A stretch of 64,000 bases of DNA from Mycobacteriales bacterium. Lineage in GTDB: Bacteria > Actinomycetota > Actinomycetes > Mycobacteriales > SCTD01. Made by a program: the position numbers and the translations under genes. The stretch's first letter is position 1; each line of letters starts with the position of its first letter. Of the stretch, positions 25,729 through 35,705 are shown piece after piece. The DNA lies in NCBI GenBank assembly GCA_030447385.1, contig JAUJOY010000003.1, positions 144,292 through 208,291 on the forward strand. Direction: 5' to 3'. The notes below the pieces were generated by a model, which did no database searches, had not been told where the DNA came from, and saw only the letters and a program-made list of their open reading frames with translations.

Positions 25729-26466
25729 ATGTCAGGCTGGGGCATGGGCGACGCCGACCTGCACTTCTACTTCGACCCGGTGTGCCCGTTCGCGTGGATG
25801 ACGAGCAAGTGGGTGCGCCTCGTCGCCGCCCAGCGCGACTACGAGGTCGACTGGCGGTTCATCTCGCTGCGGCAGCTCAACGCCTCGGTGGACTACGACG
25901 CGCACTTCCCGCCCGAGTACGAGGCGGGCCACACGGCTGGTCTGCGGCTGCTCAGGGTCGCCGCGCGCACCCGCCTCGAGCACGGCCGGGAGTCGGTGGC
26001 GGGGCTCTACGAGGCGTTCGGCGAGCACATCTTCGAGGCGCCGCCCCAGACCGTCGACGTCCCCAGGGACCTCGACGACGGGACGCTGCTGCCGTCGATC
26101 CTGCGAGGAGCCGACCTGCCGGTCGAGCTGGGAGATGCGCTGGACGAGGCGGCCTGGGACGAGCAGATCCGCCAGGAGACCGACGAGGCGCTGGCGCTGA
26201 CGGGCAAGGACGTGGGGACGCCGATCCTGCACTTCCAGCCGCCGGAAGGCGTGGCCTTCTTCGGCCCGGTCATCAGCCGGCTCCCGACCGCGGAGCGGGC
26301 CGCCGAGTTGTGGGACCACGTCATCGGGCTCGCCGCCTTCCCGGGGTTCGCCGAGCTCAAGCGCAGCCTTCGCGAGCGGCCGCAGCTGCGGGCGTTCGGG
26401 GTCGAGAAGGGTCAGGCCGGGGTGCAGGAGGACTGGCACGGCGGCAGCCGGCGGCAGAAGAAGTAG
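25729..26466 (+). CDS. DsbA-like thioredoxin-fold protein (single-Cys CPFAW type)
   Basis: MSGWGMGDADLHFYFDPVCPFAWMTSKWV...GTPILHFQPPEGVAFFGPVIS; 245 aa. The start could be the ATG at 25744. Confidence 0.8.
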   Translation: MSGWGMGDADLHFYFDPVCPFAWMTSKWVRLVAAQRDYEVDWRFISLRQLNASVDYDAHFPPEYEAGHTAGLRLLRVAARTRLEHGRESVAGLYEAFGEHIFEAPPQTVDVPRDLDDGTLLPSILRGADLPVELGDALDEAAWDEQIRQETDEALALTGKDVGTPILHFQPPEGVAFFGPVISRLPTAERAAELWDHVIGLAAFPGFAELKRSLRERPQLRAFGVEKGQAGVQEDWHGGSRRQKK

Positions 26467-26617
26467 CGGGTGACCGTCCGGCCGCTTGACCGGGCGGCCG
26501 TCGGGCAGTGGCTCGACAGGGCACGAGCACGGCGGCGTCGCGAACGGAAGTCAGGAGTGGCCAGATGGGTCCGGTGGCGCACCTGGATCTGACGAGCGGC
26601 CCCGGCCGCCGCCCCGC

Positions 26618-27838
26618 ATGCATCGCCTGACGCCCACGTCGGCGGCGGTGGCGGTCACCGTCGTCGGGATGCTCCCGGTCTACCTGCTGGGCGGGCTTGC
26701 GGTGCAGGTGCGCGCGGACCTGGGCGCCGGGCGCACCGGACTCGGCGTGCTCGTGGCCGTGTTCTTCGCCGGCGCCGCGATCGGGTCGCTCGCCGGCGGA
26801 CGCTCGGCGGACCGGCTCGGTCCGACGCGGGTGATGCGGGTAGCCGCGGCTGCGGGCGCGGCGGCGCTGCTGGGAGCGGCGCTGGCACCGCGGACCTGGC
26901 TGCTCGCCGCCGCCCTCCTCGTGGGCGGCATCGCCAGCGGAGCGGGGCAGCCGGCATCCAACGCACTGATCGCCACTGCTGTCGCCCCGTCCCGCCGAGG
27001 GCGGGCGTACGGCGCGAAGCAGGCCGCGATCCCGGCCGGTGTGCTGCTCGGCGGGCTCGCGGTGCCGGTCTTCGGCCTCACCGTCGGCTGGCGGTGGGCG
27101 TACGCGGCTGCGGCGCTGCTCGCCGTGGCCATCCCGCTGCTGGTGCCGCCGCCGGCCGGGGCAGGCGCAGGAGAGGAACGGGTCCCCGCAGACGGCCGGT
27201 CCTCGACGAGGGCAGCACGCGCCGCAGTGGCCGCCGGGTCGTACCGCCTCGAGCCGCTCGTCGTCCTCAGCGTCGGTACCACCCTCGGGGCGGCGGTCGG
27301 CAACAGCTTCGGTGCCTTCTTCGTCGAGACCGCGGTCGCTGCCGGGCAGGAGGCGGGCAGGGCCGGGCTGCTCGCCGCAGCCGGCAGCGCCCTCGGTGTC
27401 CTGTCCCGGCTCGCGCTCGGCGTGGTCGCGGACCAACGGGAGGCACGGTGGCTGCTCGTCGTCGCGGCGATGATGCTCGCCGGTGCCCCGGCCAGCGCCC
27501 TGCTCGCCGTCGGGGCACCCGCCGCCCTGCTGCCCGCGGTCGCCCTCGCGTACGGCGTCGGATGGGCGTGGGCGGGCCTGCTCAACCACGCGGTCACCCT
27601 GATGCACCCGCAGGACCCGGGCCGGGCCACCGGCGTGACGCAGAGTGGCGTCGCCATCGGCGGTGCCCTGGGGCCGCTGGGCTTCGGCGCACTCGCGGAC
27701 GCGGTGTCCCTGACCGCCGCCTGGTCGGCCACCGGGATGCTGGCAGTGCTGGCCGCGGTGGCGGTCGTTGCCGGGCGGCGGCTGCTGCTGCGGGACCGGC
27801 CGGCGCTGGTGGCCGCCCTGCGCACCGACTCCGGCTGA
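26618..27838 (+). CDS. MFS transporter
   Basis: ~406 aa with about 12 hydrophobic segments. It has the MFS loop motif GGRSADRLGPTRVM. The N-terminal part of the ORF-track version (from 26486) looks non-coding. Confidence 0.85.
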   Translation: MHRLTPTSAAVAVTVVGMLPVYLLGGLAVQVRADLGAGRTGLGVLVAVFFAGAAIGSLAGGRSADRLGPTRVMRVAAAAGAAALLGAALAPRTWLLAAALLVGGIASGAGQPASNALIATAVAPSRRGRAYGAKQAAIPAGVLLGGLAVPVFGLTVGWRWAYAAAALLAVAIPLLVPPPAGAGAGEERVPADGRSSTRAARAAVAAGSYRLEPLVVLSVGTTLGAAVGNSFGAFFVETAVAAGQEAGRAGLLAAAGSALGVLSRLALGVVADQREARWLLVVAAMMLAGAPASALLAVGAPAALLPAVALAYGVGWAWAGLLNHAVTLMHPQDPGRATGVTQSGVAIGGALGPLGFGALADAVSLTAAWSATGMLAVLAAVAVVAGRRLLLRDRPALVAALRTDSG

Positions 27839-27962
27839 GAGCGGGCCGGCGGGGACCGCTGCACGCCGGCGCTGTGCCGACATCCGGCGCTTCGGCCGCA
27901 TGGCCGCGGGTAGCACGCACACCTCCTTCTCGACCGGCCAACCACTACAACCGAGGAGAGCG

Positions 27963-29624
27963 ATGTCCACAGCAGGCGAGGCCGCCACGCCGTCGGCCTC
28001 GACACCGACCCGCTCCGACGTCGACGCCGAGGAGGCCGCACAGGCATCCTCCGCCCGGGAGCGGGGTGGCGGTGGCCGCACGAGCACCTACCGCACGCTG
28101 GAGGAGCAGGGCAACCTCTCTCCTGCGGAGGAGCGCTTCGAGCGGGGGCGGCGCAGCGCCGGTCTGTTCGCCGGGCCGGTGCTCGCGCTGCTCGTCTACC
28201 TGTTGACCGGCGCCCTCGAGGGGCCGCAGCGCACGCTCGCGGCCGTGCTGACCCTGGTGCTCGTCTACTGGATCACCGAGGCGATCCCGATCCCGGTGAC
28301 GGCCGTCCTCGGTCTGGCTCTGGCGATCCTGCTGGGTGTCGCGCCCGCGAACGACGTCTTCGGCGCGTTCGCCTCGTCGACGATCTTCCTGTTCATCGGC
28401 GGCTTCATCATCGCCGAGGCGATGATGACCCACGGGCTGGACCGGCGCTTCGCCTTCCGCGTGCTGGCTCTGCCCGGCGTCGCGGCCTCGACCTACCGGA
28501 CCATCATCGCGTTCGGGGCCATCGCCGTGCTGCTGTCGGCGTTCATCAGCAACACCGCCGCCACCGCGATGCTGTTCCCGATCGCGCTCGGCGTCGTCGG
28601 CGCGCTGTCCGGTCTGGTCGCTCAGCAGTCCGCCGGCGACGTCGACGCCAGCCGGCTGCGCTTCAGCACGGCGCTGATGCTGATGGTGGCGTACGGCGCC
28701 AGCGTCGGCGGCCTGCTCACCCCCATCGGCAGCCCGCCGAACCTCATCGGCAGGGAGTTCATCGAGAAGGAGACCGACGCCCGCCTCCCCTTCTTCACCT
28801 GGGTGCTCAACGCCGCGCCGATCGTCCTGCTGATGTTCGTGGCGCTGTGCGTGATCCTGATCGCCCTGAACCGGCCGGAGACGAACCGCATCTCCGGCGC
28901 CGCCGACTACGTCACCGAGCAGCGCGCCCAGCTGGGCCGGATGTCCCGCGGTGAGCGCAACACCCTGTTCGCCTTCGCGGTCGCGGTGACGTTGTGGATC
29001 CTGCCCGGCGTCGTGGGGCTGGTCGTCGGCGACGACTCGACGACCTACAAGGAGGTGCAGGGCCGGCTGAACGAGGGCGTCGTGGCGATCCTGGCCGCCG
29101 GGCTGCTCTTCCTGCTGCCGACCGACTGGCAGCGGCGCCGCTTCACGCTGACCTGGAACGAGGCGGTGCGCATCGACTGGGGCACGATCCTGCTGTTCGG
29201 CTCCGGGATCGCGCTCGGCGGGCTGCTGTCCTCCACGGGACTGGCGGAGCGTCTGGGCACCTCGCTGTCGCAGTCGTTGGGGGTCGACAGCCTGTTCCCG
29301 ATCACCATCCTCGCAGTGGTGGTCGCCATCCTGATCAGCGAGACGACGAGCAACACGGCGAGCGTCGGGATCGTCGTGCCGATCGTCATCCCGATCGCGC
29401 TCGCGTCCGGTGTCAACCCGGTGATCCCCGCCCTGGCAGCGGTGTTCGGCGCGTCCTACGGCTTCATGCTCCCGGTGTCCACTCCGCCCAACGCCATCGT
29501 CTACGGCTCGGGCATGGTGCCGATCACCAAGATGGTGCGCAGCGGGGTGGTCTTCGACATCATCGGCGCGGTGCTCATCGTGCTCGGCGTGAGCGTCATG
29601 GCCAGGCTCACCGGCCTGGCGTAG
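27963..29624 (+). CDS. DASS/SLC13-family anion:sodium symporter
   Basis: GAGGAG RBS before the ATG at 27963. It has WITEAIPIPVTA, SNTAATAML and SNTASVGIV hairpin-type motifs, and it is polytopic. Confidence 0.85.
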   Translation: MSTAGEAATPSASTPTRSDVDAEEAAQASSARERGGGGRTSTYRTLEEQGNLSPAEERFERGRRSAGLFAGPVLALLVYLLTGALEGPQRTLAAVLTLVLVYWITEAIPIPVTAVLGLALAILLGVAPANDVFGAFASSTIFLFIGGFIIAEAMMTHGLDRRFAFRVLALPGVAASTYRTIIAFGAIAVLLSAFISNTAATAMLFPIALGVVGALSGLVAQQSAGDVDASRLRFSTALMLMVAYGASVGGLLTPIGSPPNLIGREFIEKETDARLPFFTWVLNAAPIVLLMFVALCVILIALNRPETNRISGAADYVTEQRAQLGRMSRGERNTLFAFAVAVTLWILPGVVGLVVGDDSTTYKEVQGRLNEGVVAILAAGLLFLLPTDWQRRRFTLTWNEAVRIDWGTILLFGSGIALGGLLSSTGLAERLGTSLSQSLGVDSLFPITILAVVVAILISETTSNTASVGIVVPIVIPIALASGVNPVIPALAAVFGASYGFMLPVSTPPNAIVYGSGMVPITKMVRSGVVFDIIGAVLIVLGVSVMARLTGLA

Positions 29625-29660
29625 GCACCCTGGTCCAGGGTCCTGGCCGGTGCACGCAGA

Positions 29661-31025
29661 CTACGACGCCTGGCTCGGGGACGACATGTTGAAGTCGGGC
29701 ACCCGCAGCGTCGGCATCCGGGTCCATGTGAAGTAGTCGCTCCACTCCCGCGGCAGGCACGGTGCGCTCCGGCCGATCTCCGCGAGGCGGCCCAGGAGGT
29801 CGATGGGGCTCTCGTTCCAGCGGAAGTTGTTGACCGCACCCACCACCTCGCCGTCCTCGACGAGGTAGACGCCGTCCCGGGTCAGGCCGGTGAGCAGCAG
29901 GGTCTCGGGATCGACCTCGCGGATGTACCACAGGCTCGTGAGCAGCAGCCCCCGGCCCGTGGCGGCGACCATCTCGTCGGTCGTCGCCCTACCGCCACCG
30001 TCGAGGCTGAGGTTGTGGACGTACGGCGTGACCGGGCTGTCCGTGGTCCTCGCAGACGCCCGGGTCTGGATCAGCGCGGTCAGCGCGCCGTCGCGCATCC
30101 AGTCGGTGGCCGGCAGCGGCAGGCCGTTGTCGAAGACGCTGGTCATGGCCGAGGACGCGGCCGCGACCACGAAGGGCGTCGTGGACAGCGCCGCGTCGTG
30201 GGGGTCGCTGTGCAGCCGCACGCCGGCCGGTGCGAGGTGCTCGCCGACGCGGGTACCGCCACCGGGCCGGCTGTAGACCGTGCGCCCCTCCGCCGCGTCA
30301 CGACCCGCGGCCGTCCAGTAGGCGTAGATCATCAGGTCGGCGACCGTGGCCGGCGGCAGCAGCGTCTCGTACCGGCCGGGGGGGAGCTCGACCGTCCGAC
30401 CGCCCCAGGCCAGCCGCCTGCGCACCTCGCGGTCGAGGGTCGGGACGTCGATGTCGGACCAGTCGCGGGTGTGCTGACCGACCCAGGTCGAGCCGCCGGC
30501 GCTCTTGCCGGTCACCTCGACGTAGCCGGTCGGCTGGACGTGTCGCCGCCGCAGGCCGGTCGACGAGCCGAGCCAGGTGGTGGTGACGTCGCGCGAGGCG
30601 TAGCCGAACAGGTTCAGCTGATCCGCCCGCGCAGCGGCGAAGCTGCTGCCAAGCTCACGCGCGACGGTTGCGAACACCTCCGGTGCGGCCTCCTGCGCAG
30701 CTGAGGAGAACCGCTCGTCGGCGGGGCCCTCGACGAGCGGCCCGGCGTCCTCTGCCGGGGTCGCGTCGCGCGCGGCCTGCTCGCTGGCGCGTACCAGCTC
30801 CTCGAGGTCGTCCACCCCGGTGACGCTGCGCACGCCGACGCACTCGCCCACCACGCTGATGACCGTGATGGAGCGGTCGCGCATCATGCCGTTGGTGGTG
30901 AGCGTGTTGTTGGCCCAGCGCAGGTTGGCGCTGCTGCTCTCGGAGACGATCACGATGCAGCCGTCCGCCCGCGACAGCCCGAGAGCCTGCTCGACGAGGT
31001 CGCCCCCGGCGGCTGCGGTGGTCAT
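29661..31025 (-). CDS. pmbA: PmbA/TldE-family protein (partner of TldD)
   Basis: 454 aa of the TldD/PmbA fold without HExxxH. Its ATG overlaps the tldD stop (ATGA at 31022..31025). Confidence 0.85.
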   Translation of the reverse strand: MTTAAAGGDLVEQALGLSRADGCIVIVSESSSANLRWANNTLTTNGMMRDRSITVISVVGECVGVRSVTGVDDLEELVRASEQAARDATPAEDAGPLVEGPADERFSSAAQEAAPEVFATVARELGSSFAAARADQLNLFGYASRDVTTTWLGSSTGLRRRHVQPTGYVEVTGKSAGGSTWVGQHTRDWSDIDVPTLDREVRRRLAWGGRTVELPPGRYETLLPPATVADLMIYAYWTAAGRDAAEGRTVYSRPGGGTRVGEHLAPAGVRLHSDPHDAALSTTPFVVAAASSAMTSVFDNGLPLPATDWMRDGALTALIQTRASARTTDSPVTPYVHNLSLDGGGRATTDEMVAATGRGLLLTSLWYIREVDPETLLLTGLTRDGVYLVEDGEVVGAVNNFRWNESPIDLLGRLAEIGRSAPCLPREWSDYFTWTRMPTLRVPDFNMSSPSQAS

Positions 31026-32539
31026 CGACCTGCCTCCCGGGCGGTGTTGAGCACGTTCACGCCCCGGAACAGCGAGCTGGGGCAGCCGTGCGACACCGGC
31101 GCGGACTGGCCGGGCTGCGCCTTGCCGCAGTTGAGCGCTCCGCCGAGCAGGTAGGTCTGCGGCCCGCCCACCGCCTCCAGAGATCTCCAGAAGTCGGTGG
31201 TCGTGGCCTGGTAGGCCACGTCGCGCAACTGCCCGACGATGCGCCCGCTGCGGATCTCGTAGAAGCGCTGCCCCGTGAACTGGAAGTTGTAGCGCTGCAT
31301 GTCGATCGACCAGCTCTTGTCGCCGACGATGTAGATGCCCCGCTCCACCCGGCCGATCAGGTCGTCGGTGGACGGCCCGCGGTCAGCCGGCTGCAGCGAC
31401 ACGTTCGCCATCCGCTGCACCGGGACGTGCGCCGGCGAGTCGGCGAAGGCACAGCCGTTGGAGCGGTCGGTGCCGAGCGCGGCAGCGTTCTGGCGGGCCA
31501 TGCGCCGGTCGAGCTGGTAGCCGACGAGCACCCCGTCGCGCACGATGTCCCAGCTCTGCGTCTGCACGCCCTCGTCGTCGTAGCCGATGCTGGCCAGGCC
31601 GTTCGGCGTCGTGCGGTCGCCGGTGACGTGCATCGCCTCCGAGCCGTAGCGCAGGGACCCGAGCTGGTCGAGCGTGGCGAAGGACGTGCCCGCGTAGGCC
31701 GCCTCATAGCCCAGCGCCCGGTCCAGCTCGGTCGCGTGGCCCACCGACTCGTGGATGGTGAGCCACAGGTTGGTCGGGTCGATCACGAGGTCGTAGCGGC
31801 CGGCCTCGACCGAGGAGGCCTTCGCCTTCTCCAGCAGCAGCGCCGGCAGCTGCGCCAGCTCGCTCTCCCAGTCCCACATGCCGCCGGTGAGGTACTCCCA
31901 TCCCCGAGCAGCCGGCGGCGCGTTGGTGCGCATGGTCTCGAACCCGCCGCTCGGGTCCACCCTTGTGGCCGTCAGCCGAGGCTGCAGCCGGATGCGCTGC
32001 TGGGTGGTGGACGTGCCTGCGGTGTCCGCGTAGAACTTGTTCTCCAGCACCTGCTCGAGGCTCGCTTCCACGTGGTCGACCTCGTCTGCGGCCAGCAGTC
32101 GGCTGCTCCAGTCGGACAGCAGAGCGACCTTCTCGGGGGCGTCGATCTCGAAGGGGTCGAGCTCGTACGCCGAGACGTACGTGGCATCGGGGTAGACCCG
32201 CTCGTCCGCCAGCTCGACCGGCTCGGCGTTGAGCGGCCTTGACGTGCGCGCCACGTCCACCGCCTGGCGCGCCAGGCGGGCAGCCTCCTCGACCGTGACG
32301 TCCGGGCTGCTCGCGAAGCCCCACGTCCCGTCGTGGATGACGCGGACAGCGAGACCGACCGTCACGGCGTCGTTTCGCCGCTCCAGCCGGGCGTTGCGCA
32401 GGGCGAGGTCCTGGCCGCGCAGGCGCTCGATGCGCACGTCGGCGTGGGAGGCGCCGGCCTCGGTCGCCGCCTGCAGGGCGGCGTCCGCGCAGGCGCGCAG
32501 GGGCAGGGCGAGGAAGTCGGGAGCGATCGGCGTGCTCAT
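31022..32539 (-). CDS. tldD: TldD-family metalloprotease
   Basis: 505 aa with the HESVGHATELD (HExxxH) motif. The C-terminus is ...GKAQPGQSAPVSHGCPS. Confidence 0.88.
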   Translation of the reverse strand: MSTPIAPDFLALPLRACADAALQAATEAGASHADVRIERLRGQDLALRNARLERRNDAVTVGLAVRVIHDGTWGFASSPDVTVEEAARLARQAVDVARTSRPLNAEPVELADERVYPDATYVSAYELDPFEIDAPEKVALLSDWSSRLLAADEVDHVEASLEQVLENKFYADTAGTSTTQQRIRLQPRLTATRVDPSGGFETMRTNAPPAARGWEYLTGGMWDWESELAQLPALLLEKAKASSVEAGRYDLVIDPTNLWLTIHESVGHATELDRALGYEAAYAGTSFATLDQLGSLRYGSEAMHVTGDRTTPNGLASIGYDDEGVQTQSWDIVRDGVLVGYQLDRRMARQNAAALGTDRSNGCAFADSPAHVPVQRMANVSLQPADRGPSTDDLIGRVERGIYIVGDKSWSIDMQRYNFQFTGQRFYEIRSGRIVGQLRDVAYQATTTDFWRSLEAVGGPQTYLLGGALNCGKAQPGQSAPVSHGCPSSLFRGVNVLNTAREAGR

Positions 32540-33153
32540 GGCGCCACCTTAGGTCGGGGGTCGCCGGCCCTCGCGACCAGGAGGAGCTCGTAGGCCGTGC
32601 CGCCCGGATCGGGCCGGCGGACCTCCTCGAGCCGTACGACCTCGAGCCCCTCTGCGCCGCGACGCAGGTCCTGCTCGGTGTGCAGGAAGGCCGGGTCCCG
32701 CGGGCCGTGCACGCCTTCGGTGAGGTTGCGCAGCGCGTGCCCGACCACGACCAGGTGCCCCCCGGGAGCGAGCCACCGACCGGTCCGCTGCAGGCCCTCC
32801 ACGCCGAGCTGGACGTAGGCGACCAGCACCAGGTCGTAGGCGGCCTCGGGCGCCCAGGTGTGGATGTCCGCGACGACCCAGTCGACCTCGCGCGAGCGCG
32901 CCTGTCCCTGCGCCACCCCGACAGCCGAGAAGTCCACCGCCGTCACCTGCCACCCGGACGCGGTCAGCCACAGCGCGTGCCGGCCCGTGCCGGTCGCGAG
33001 GTCGAGGGCCCGGCCCGGGGGCAGGCCGACCACGGCTCCGGTGACGGTGCTGCTCGGCTCGGCCGGCCACGGGCGGACGAGATCGGCGTACCGCGCGTCC
33101 CAGTGCGCCGCATCATGCCGCGAACGGGACGGGCCGCCGGCGGACGCGGACAC
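32536..33153 (-). CDS. Class I SAM-dependent methyltransferase
   Basis: ALDLATGTGRHALWL (motif I)...VTAVDFS...; 205 aa. Its stop overlaps the tldD start (4-nt overlap). Confidence 0.82.
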   Translation of the reverse strand: MSASAGGPSRSRHDAAHWDARYADLVRPWPAEPSSTVTGAVVGLPPGRALDLATGTGRHALWLTASGWQVTAVDFSAVGVAQGQARSREVDWVVADIHTWAPEAAYDLVLVAYVQLGVEGLQRTGRWLAPGGHLVVVGHALRNLTEGVHGPRDPAFLHTEQDLRRGAEGLEVVRLEEVRRPDPGGTAYELLLVARAGDPRPKVAP

Positions 33154-33162
33154 GGGGCTCCG

Positions 33163-34971
33163 CTACTCGGGGACGGATCCGGCCAGGCCGCGCAGCAGCG
33201 CGTGCTCGGTCAGGGCGGAGGGCAGGACCAGCCCGACCAGCTCCTCACGGGGCATCTGGGCGGACTCGCCGAAGACCTCGGCCATCCCCTCGAGGCACGT
33301 CAGTCCGCCGCTGAGCACCCCTCGGCGCCCGACCTTGCGCGCCAGGCGTCCGACGTCGAGGTGGGGCTCGTTCTGCAGGAAGGGGTTCAGGTCCGGGGCT
33401 GAGGGGTCGTGCTCCGGGGCTTCGCGCAGGATCGTGGCCAGCAGCCACCGGACGCTGTGCGGGCCGTTGGGGAAGGCGCCCAGCAGCTCCCGCACCTGCT
33501 GCCCCCGCAGCTCCAGGTCCTCCTGCTGGTCCAGGTGCACGAGCAGCTGCGAGGTGGCGCAGACCAGGCCGTCGAGCAGGTCCAGACCCTCGACATCGTC
33601 CTCCAGCAGCTCGGCCAGCAGGTCCACGGCCATGTCGCGCTCCATGCCCTCGAGGTAGCTCGCGGTCACGGCCTGCGCGGCCAGAGGTGAGGGCACCTGG
33701 ACCCAGCTGCCCGGACCGACGCCGGGGCGGAGCCGGACGAAGCGGCCCAGCGACAGGCACGCGCGGACCGCCGCCTCGACCGTGTCCGGCCTCGGCTCGT
33801 CGTCCTCGAGCAGCGCCTTCGCGGCCTGCAGAGCGGGCGCGATGCGGTCGGTGTTCCGACCCGCCGCCTCGAGGCTCAGCCCGACGAGCGCGGACATCGT
33901 GTCGCGCAGCCAGCCGGTACCCGGAGCTCCCTCCGCGAGCACGCGCGGGACGAGGTCCGCGGCGGCCGGGTCGTCCCGCTGCGCGGATCCGGAGGAAGCG
34001 GCGGCGAGGTCCACCCACAGCCGGGCCAGGCGGGACAGGCCGAGGTCGTCCACCATCCCGAGCAGGCGCAGCACCGCGTCGTCCGCCAGGTCTGCTCCGA
34101 ACCGCCCCCGCGCCAGGCGGGCGATGCAGCTGACGGCGGCGCGCACGGTCTCGTCGCGGTCGCTGCCCGCCAGGAGCAGCGCCATGGTGGCCTCCTGGCG
34201 CTCCGAGACCGGGGTCGAACCGATCAGGGCAGGCAGCGTCGTCAGCAGGCGGATCACCTCCGACTCGAACGGCCCGACGTCCTCGAGGACCGACCGCAGC
34301 GTGGCGGCGTCGGTCCCCTGGACGGCAGACACCAGCGCCGAGCAGAGCCGGCCCGCCAGCTCGGCGGTGTAGGTGTCAGGGGCGAGCTCCAGCGCCCGTA
34401 CGACGCCGGAGGTCGTGGGGTCGGCCGTGAGGTCACCGCGGTAGTGCGCGAGCACCGCCGACGCCAGGGTCTGCGCGGGGGAGTGGTCCACCGCGCGGTC
34501 GTGGGCGTCGTCATGGAGCAGCAGGCTCAGGTCCTCCGCCAGCCAGGGCGTGAGCCGCCCGCGCAGGGCGTCGGTGAGGTCGTCCACCGGCAGCTGCAGC
34601 TCAGCGGCCAGCTGCTCGCAGTCAGCGGGACGGGCCCAGAAGCCGGGCTCCGGTTCGGCGTCGACGACCGCGAGCAGCACCATGCGACCGGTGTCGCCGG
34701 GCTGCCCGGGAAGGGCGGCCACGAAGGGGGCCACTGGCAGTTGCCAGGACAGCGCATGGCCCTCGGTCAGCACCCGGACGGTGACGGTCTGCGAGCCGGG
34801 GCCGTCGGCGTGGATGTCGACCCGCCCGGGCGCGTCGTGCAGCTCGACGCCTCCCGGCAGGAACGTGTAGAGGAGCACCGCCGGCTCGAGCGTGTCCCCG
34901 GCGTGGGCGTGCAGGACCGCGCCGGCGGCACAGGCGTAGACGGGCGGGACGTGCTGCTGAGGTGCGGTCAC
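33163..34971 (-). CDS. Hypothetical protein (602 aa, predominantly alpha-helical, acidic, Leu/Ala-rich)
   Basis: Long ORF with coding-like composition (D/E/L-rich rather than R/P/G shadow-like). I recognise no motif. Confidence 0.65.
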   Translation of the reverse strand: MTAPQQHVPPVYACAAGAVLHAHAGDTLEPAVLLYTFLPGGVELHDAPGRVDIHADGPGSQTVTVRVLTEGHALSWQLPVAPFVAALPGQPGDTGRMVLLAVVDAEPEPGFWARPADCEQLAAELQLPVDDLTDALRGRLTPWLAEDLSLLLHDDAHDRAVDHSPAQTLASAVLAHYRGDLTADPTTSGVVRALELAPDTYTAELAGRLCSALVSAVQGTDAATLRSVLEDVGPFESEVIRLLTTLPALIGSTPVSERQEATMALLLAGSDRDETVRAAVSCIARLARGRFGADLADDAVLRLLGMVDDLGLSRLARLWVDLAAASSGSAQRDDPAAADLVPRVLAEGAPGTGWLRDTMSALVGLSLEAAGRNTDRIAPALQAAKALLEDDEPRPDTVEAAVRACLSLGRFVRLRPGVGPGSWVQVPSPLAAQAVTASYLEGMERDMAVDLLAELLEDDVEGLDLLDGLVCATSQLLVHLDQQEDLELRGQQVRELLGAFPNGPHSVRWLLATILREAPEHDPSAPDLNPFLQNEPHLDVGRLARKVGRRGVLSGGLTCLEGMAEVFGESAQMPREELVGLVLPSALTEHALLRGLAGSVPE

Positions 34972-35030
34972 CCGGTCAGTGTTGCGGATACCGCTACGCC
35001 GTGGCGATCGCGCTCGTAACCTGTCCGTTC

Positions 35031-35696
35031 ATGGCACGCACTCCGGCGGACGCCGCGGACGCCGCGGACGCCAGGACGCCCAGCACCGGTGCCGCCGGCC
35101 CCGGTGCGGCCGGCCCCGTGCCGGGCAGCGTGCGGCTGCTGCTGGACCTGTGCGCCGGCGGCGTGCGCCTCACCCCTGGCAGACGGCTCCCGAGGGTCGT
35201 CGTGCGGGGAGTCCAGGAGCGCCGGCCGCACTGGGGCTGGGACGCGGACCGTCCGGCCCAGCGCGAGGAGGACCTCCTCCCGCTGGCGATGCTCCACGAG
35301 CTGCTCCGGTCCTGCCGCCTGCTGCGGCTCGTCCACGGGGTGCTGTCCCCGACTCGCGCCGCAGCGTCGGACGCCGAGGTCCTGCGCCGCCTGCAGGCCG
35401 GGCTGTTCGACGAGAGCTTCCACGGCCAGCTGTGCCGCCTGCTGCTCGAGACGCTGAGCAACGTGGACGCGGTCGCGGAGGTCACCCTCGTCGACGCCGC
35501 GCTGCACCAGCTCGCGCCGTCCTGGCACCGCCCGGACCGGCCGTTGGACCGGGTCGACGTCCGGGTCGCCGTGGGCCGGGCCCACCACGTGCTGGTCGGG
35601 CTGGACGCCGTGACGACGTCCGGGTCGAGGCTGCGCGACTTCTGGAGCATCAGCCCGGCCGGACGTGCGCTGCTGCCCTCCGCCGTCGCGGCGTAG
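35031..35696 (+). CDS. Hypothetical protein (221 aa)
   Basis: MARTPADAADAADARTP... followed by a Leu-rich helical body. It is divergent from the 602-aa orphan. No motif recognised. Confidence 0.5.
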   Translation: MARTPADAADAADARTPSTGAAGPGAAGPVPGSVRLLLDLCAGGVRLTPGRRLPRVVVRGVQERRPHWGWDADRPAQREEDLLPLAMLHELLRSCRLLRLVHGVLSPTRAAASDAEVLRRLQAGLFDESFHGQLCRLLLETLSNVDAVAEVTLVDAALHQLAPSWHRPDRPLDRVDVRVAVGRAHHVLVGLDAVTTSGSRLRDFWSISPAGRALLPSAVAA

Positions 35697-35705
35697 CGCC
35701 GGATC

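Noticed and set aside
26357-28087. 576-aa and 455-aa minus-strand ORFs opposite the MFS transporter.
   Set aside because: They are antisense to a clear 12-TM transporter gene, and the translation is dominated by R/P/G/A.
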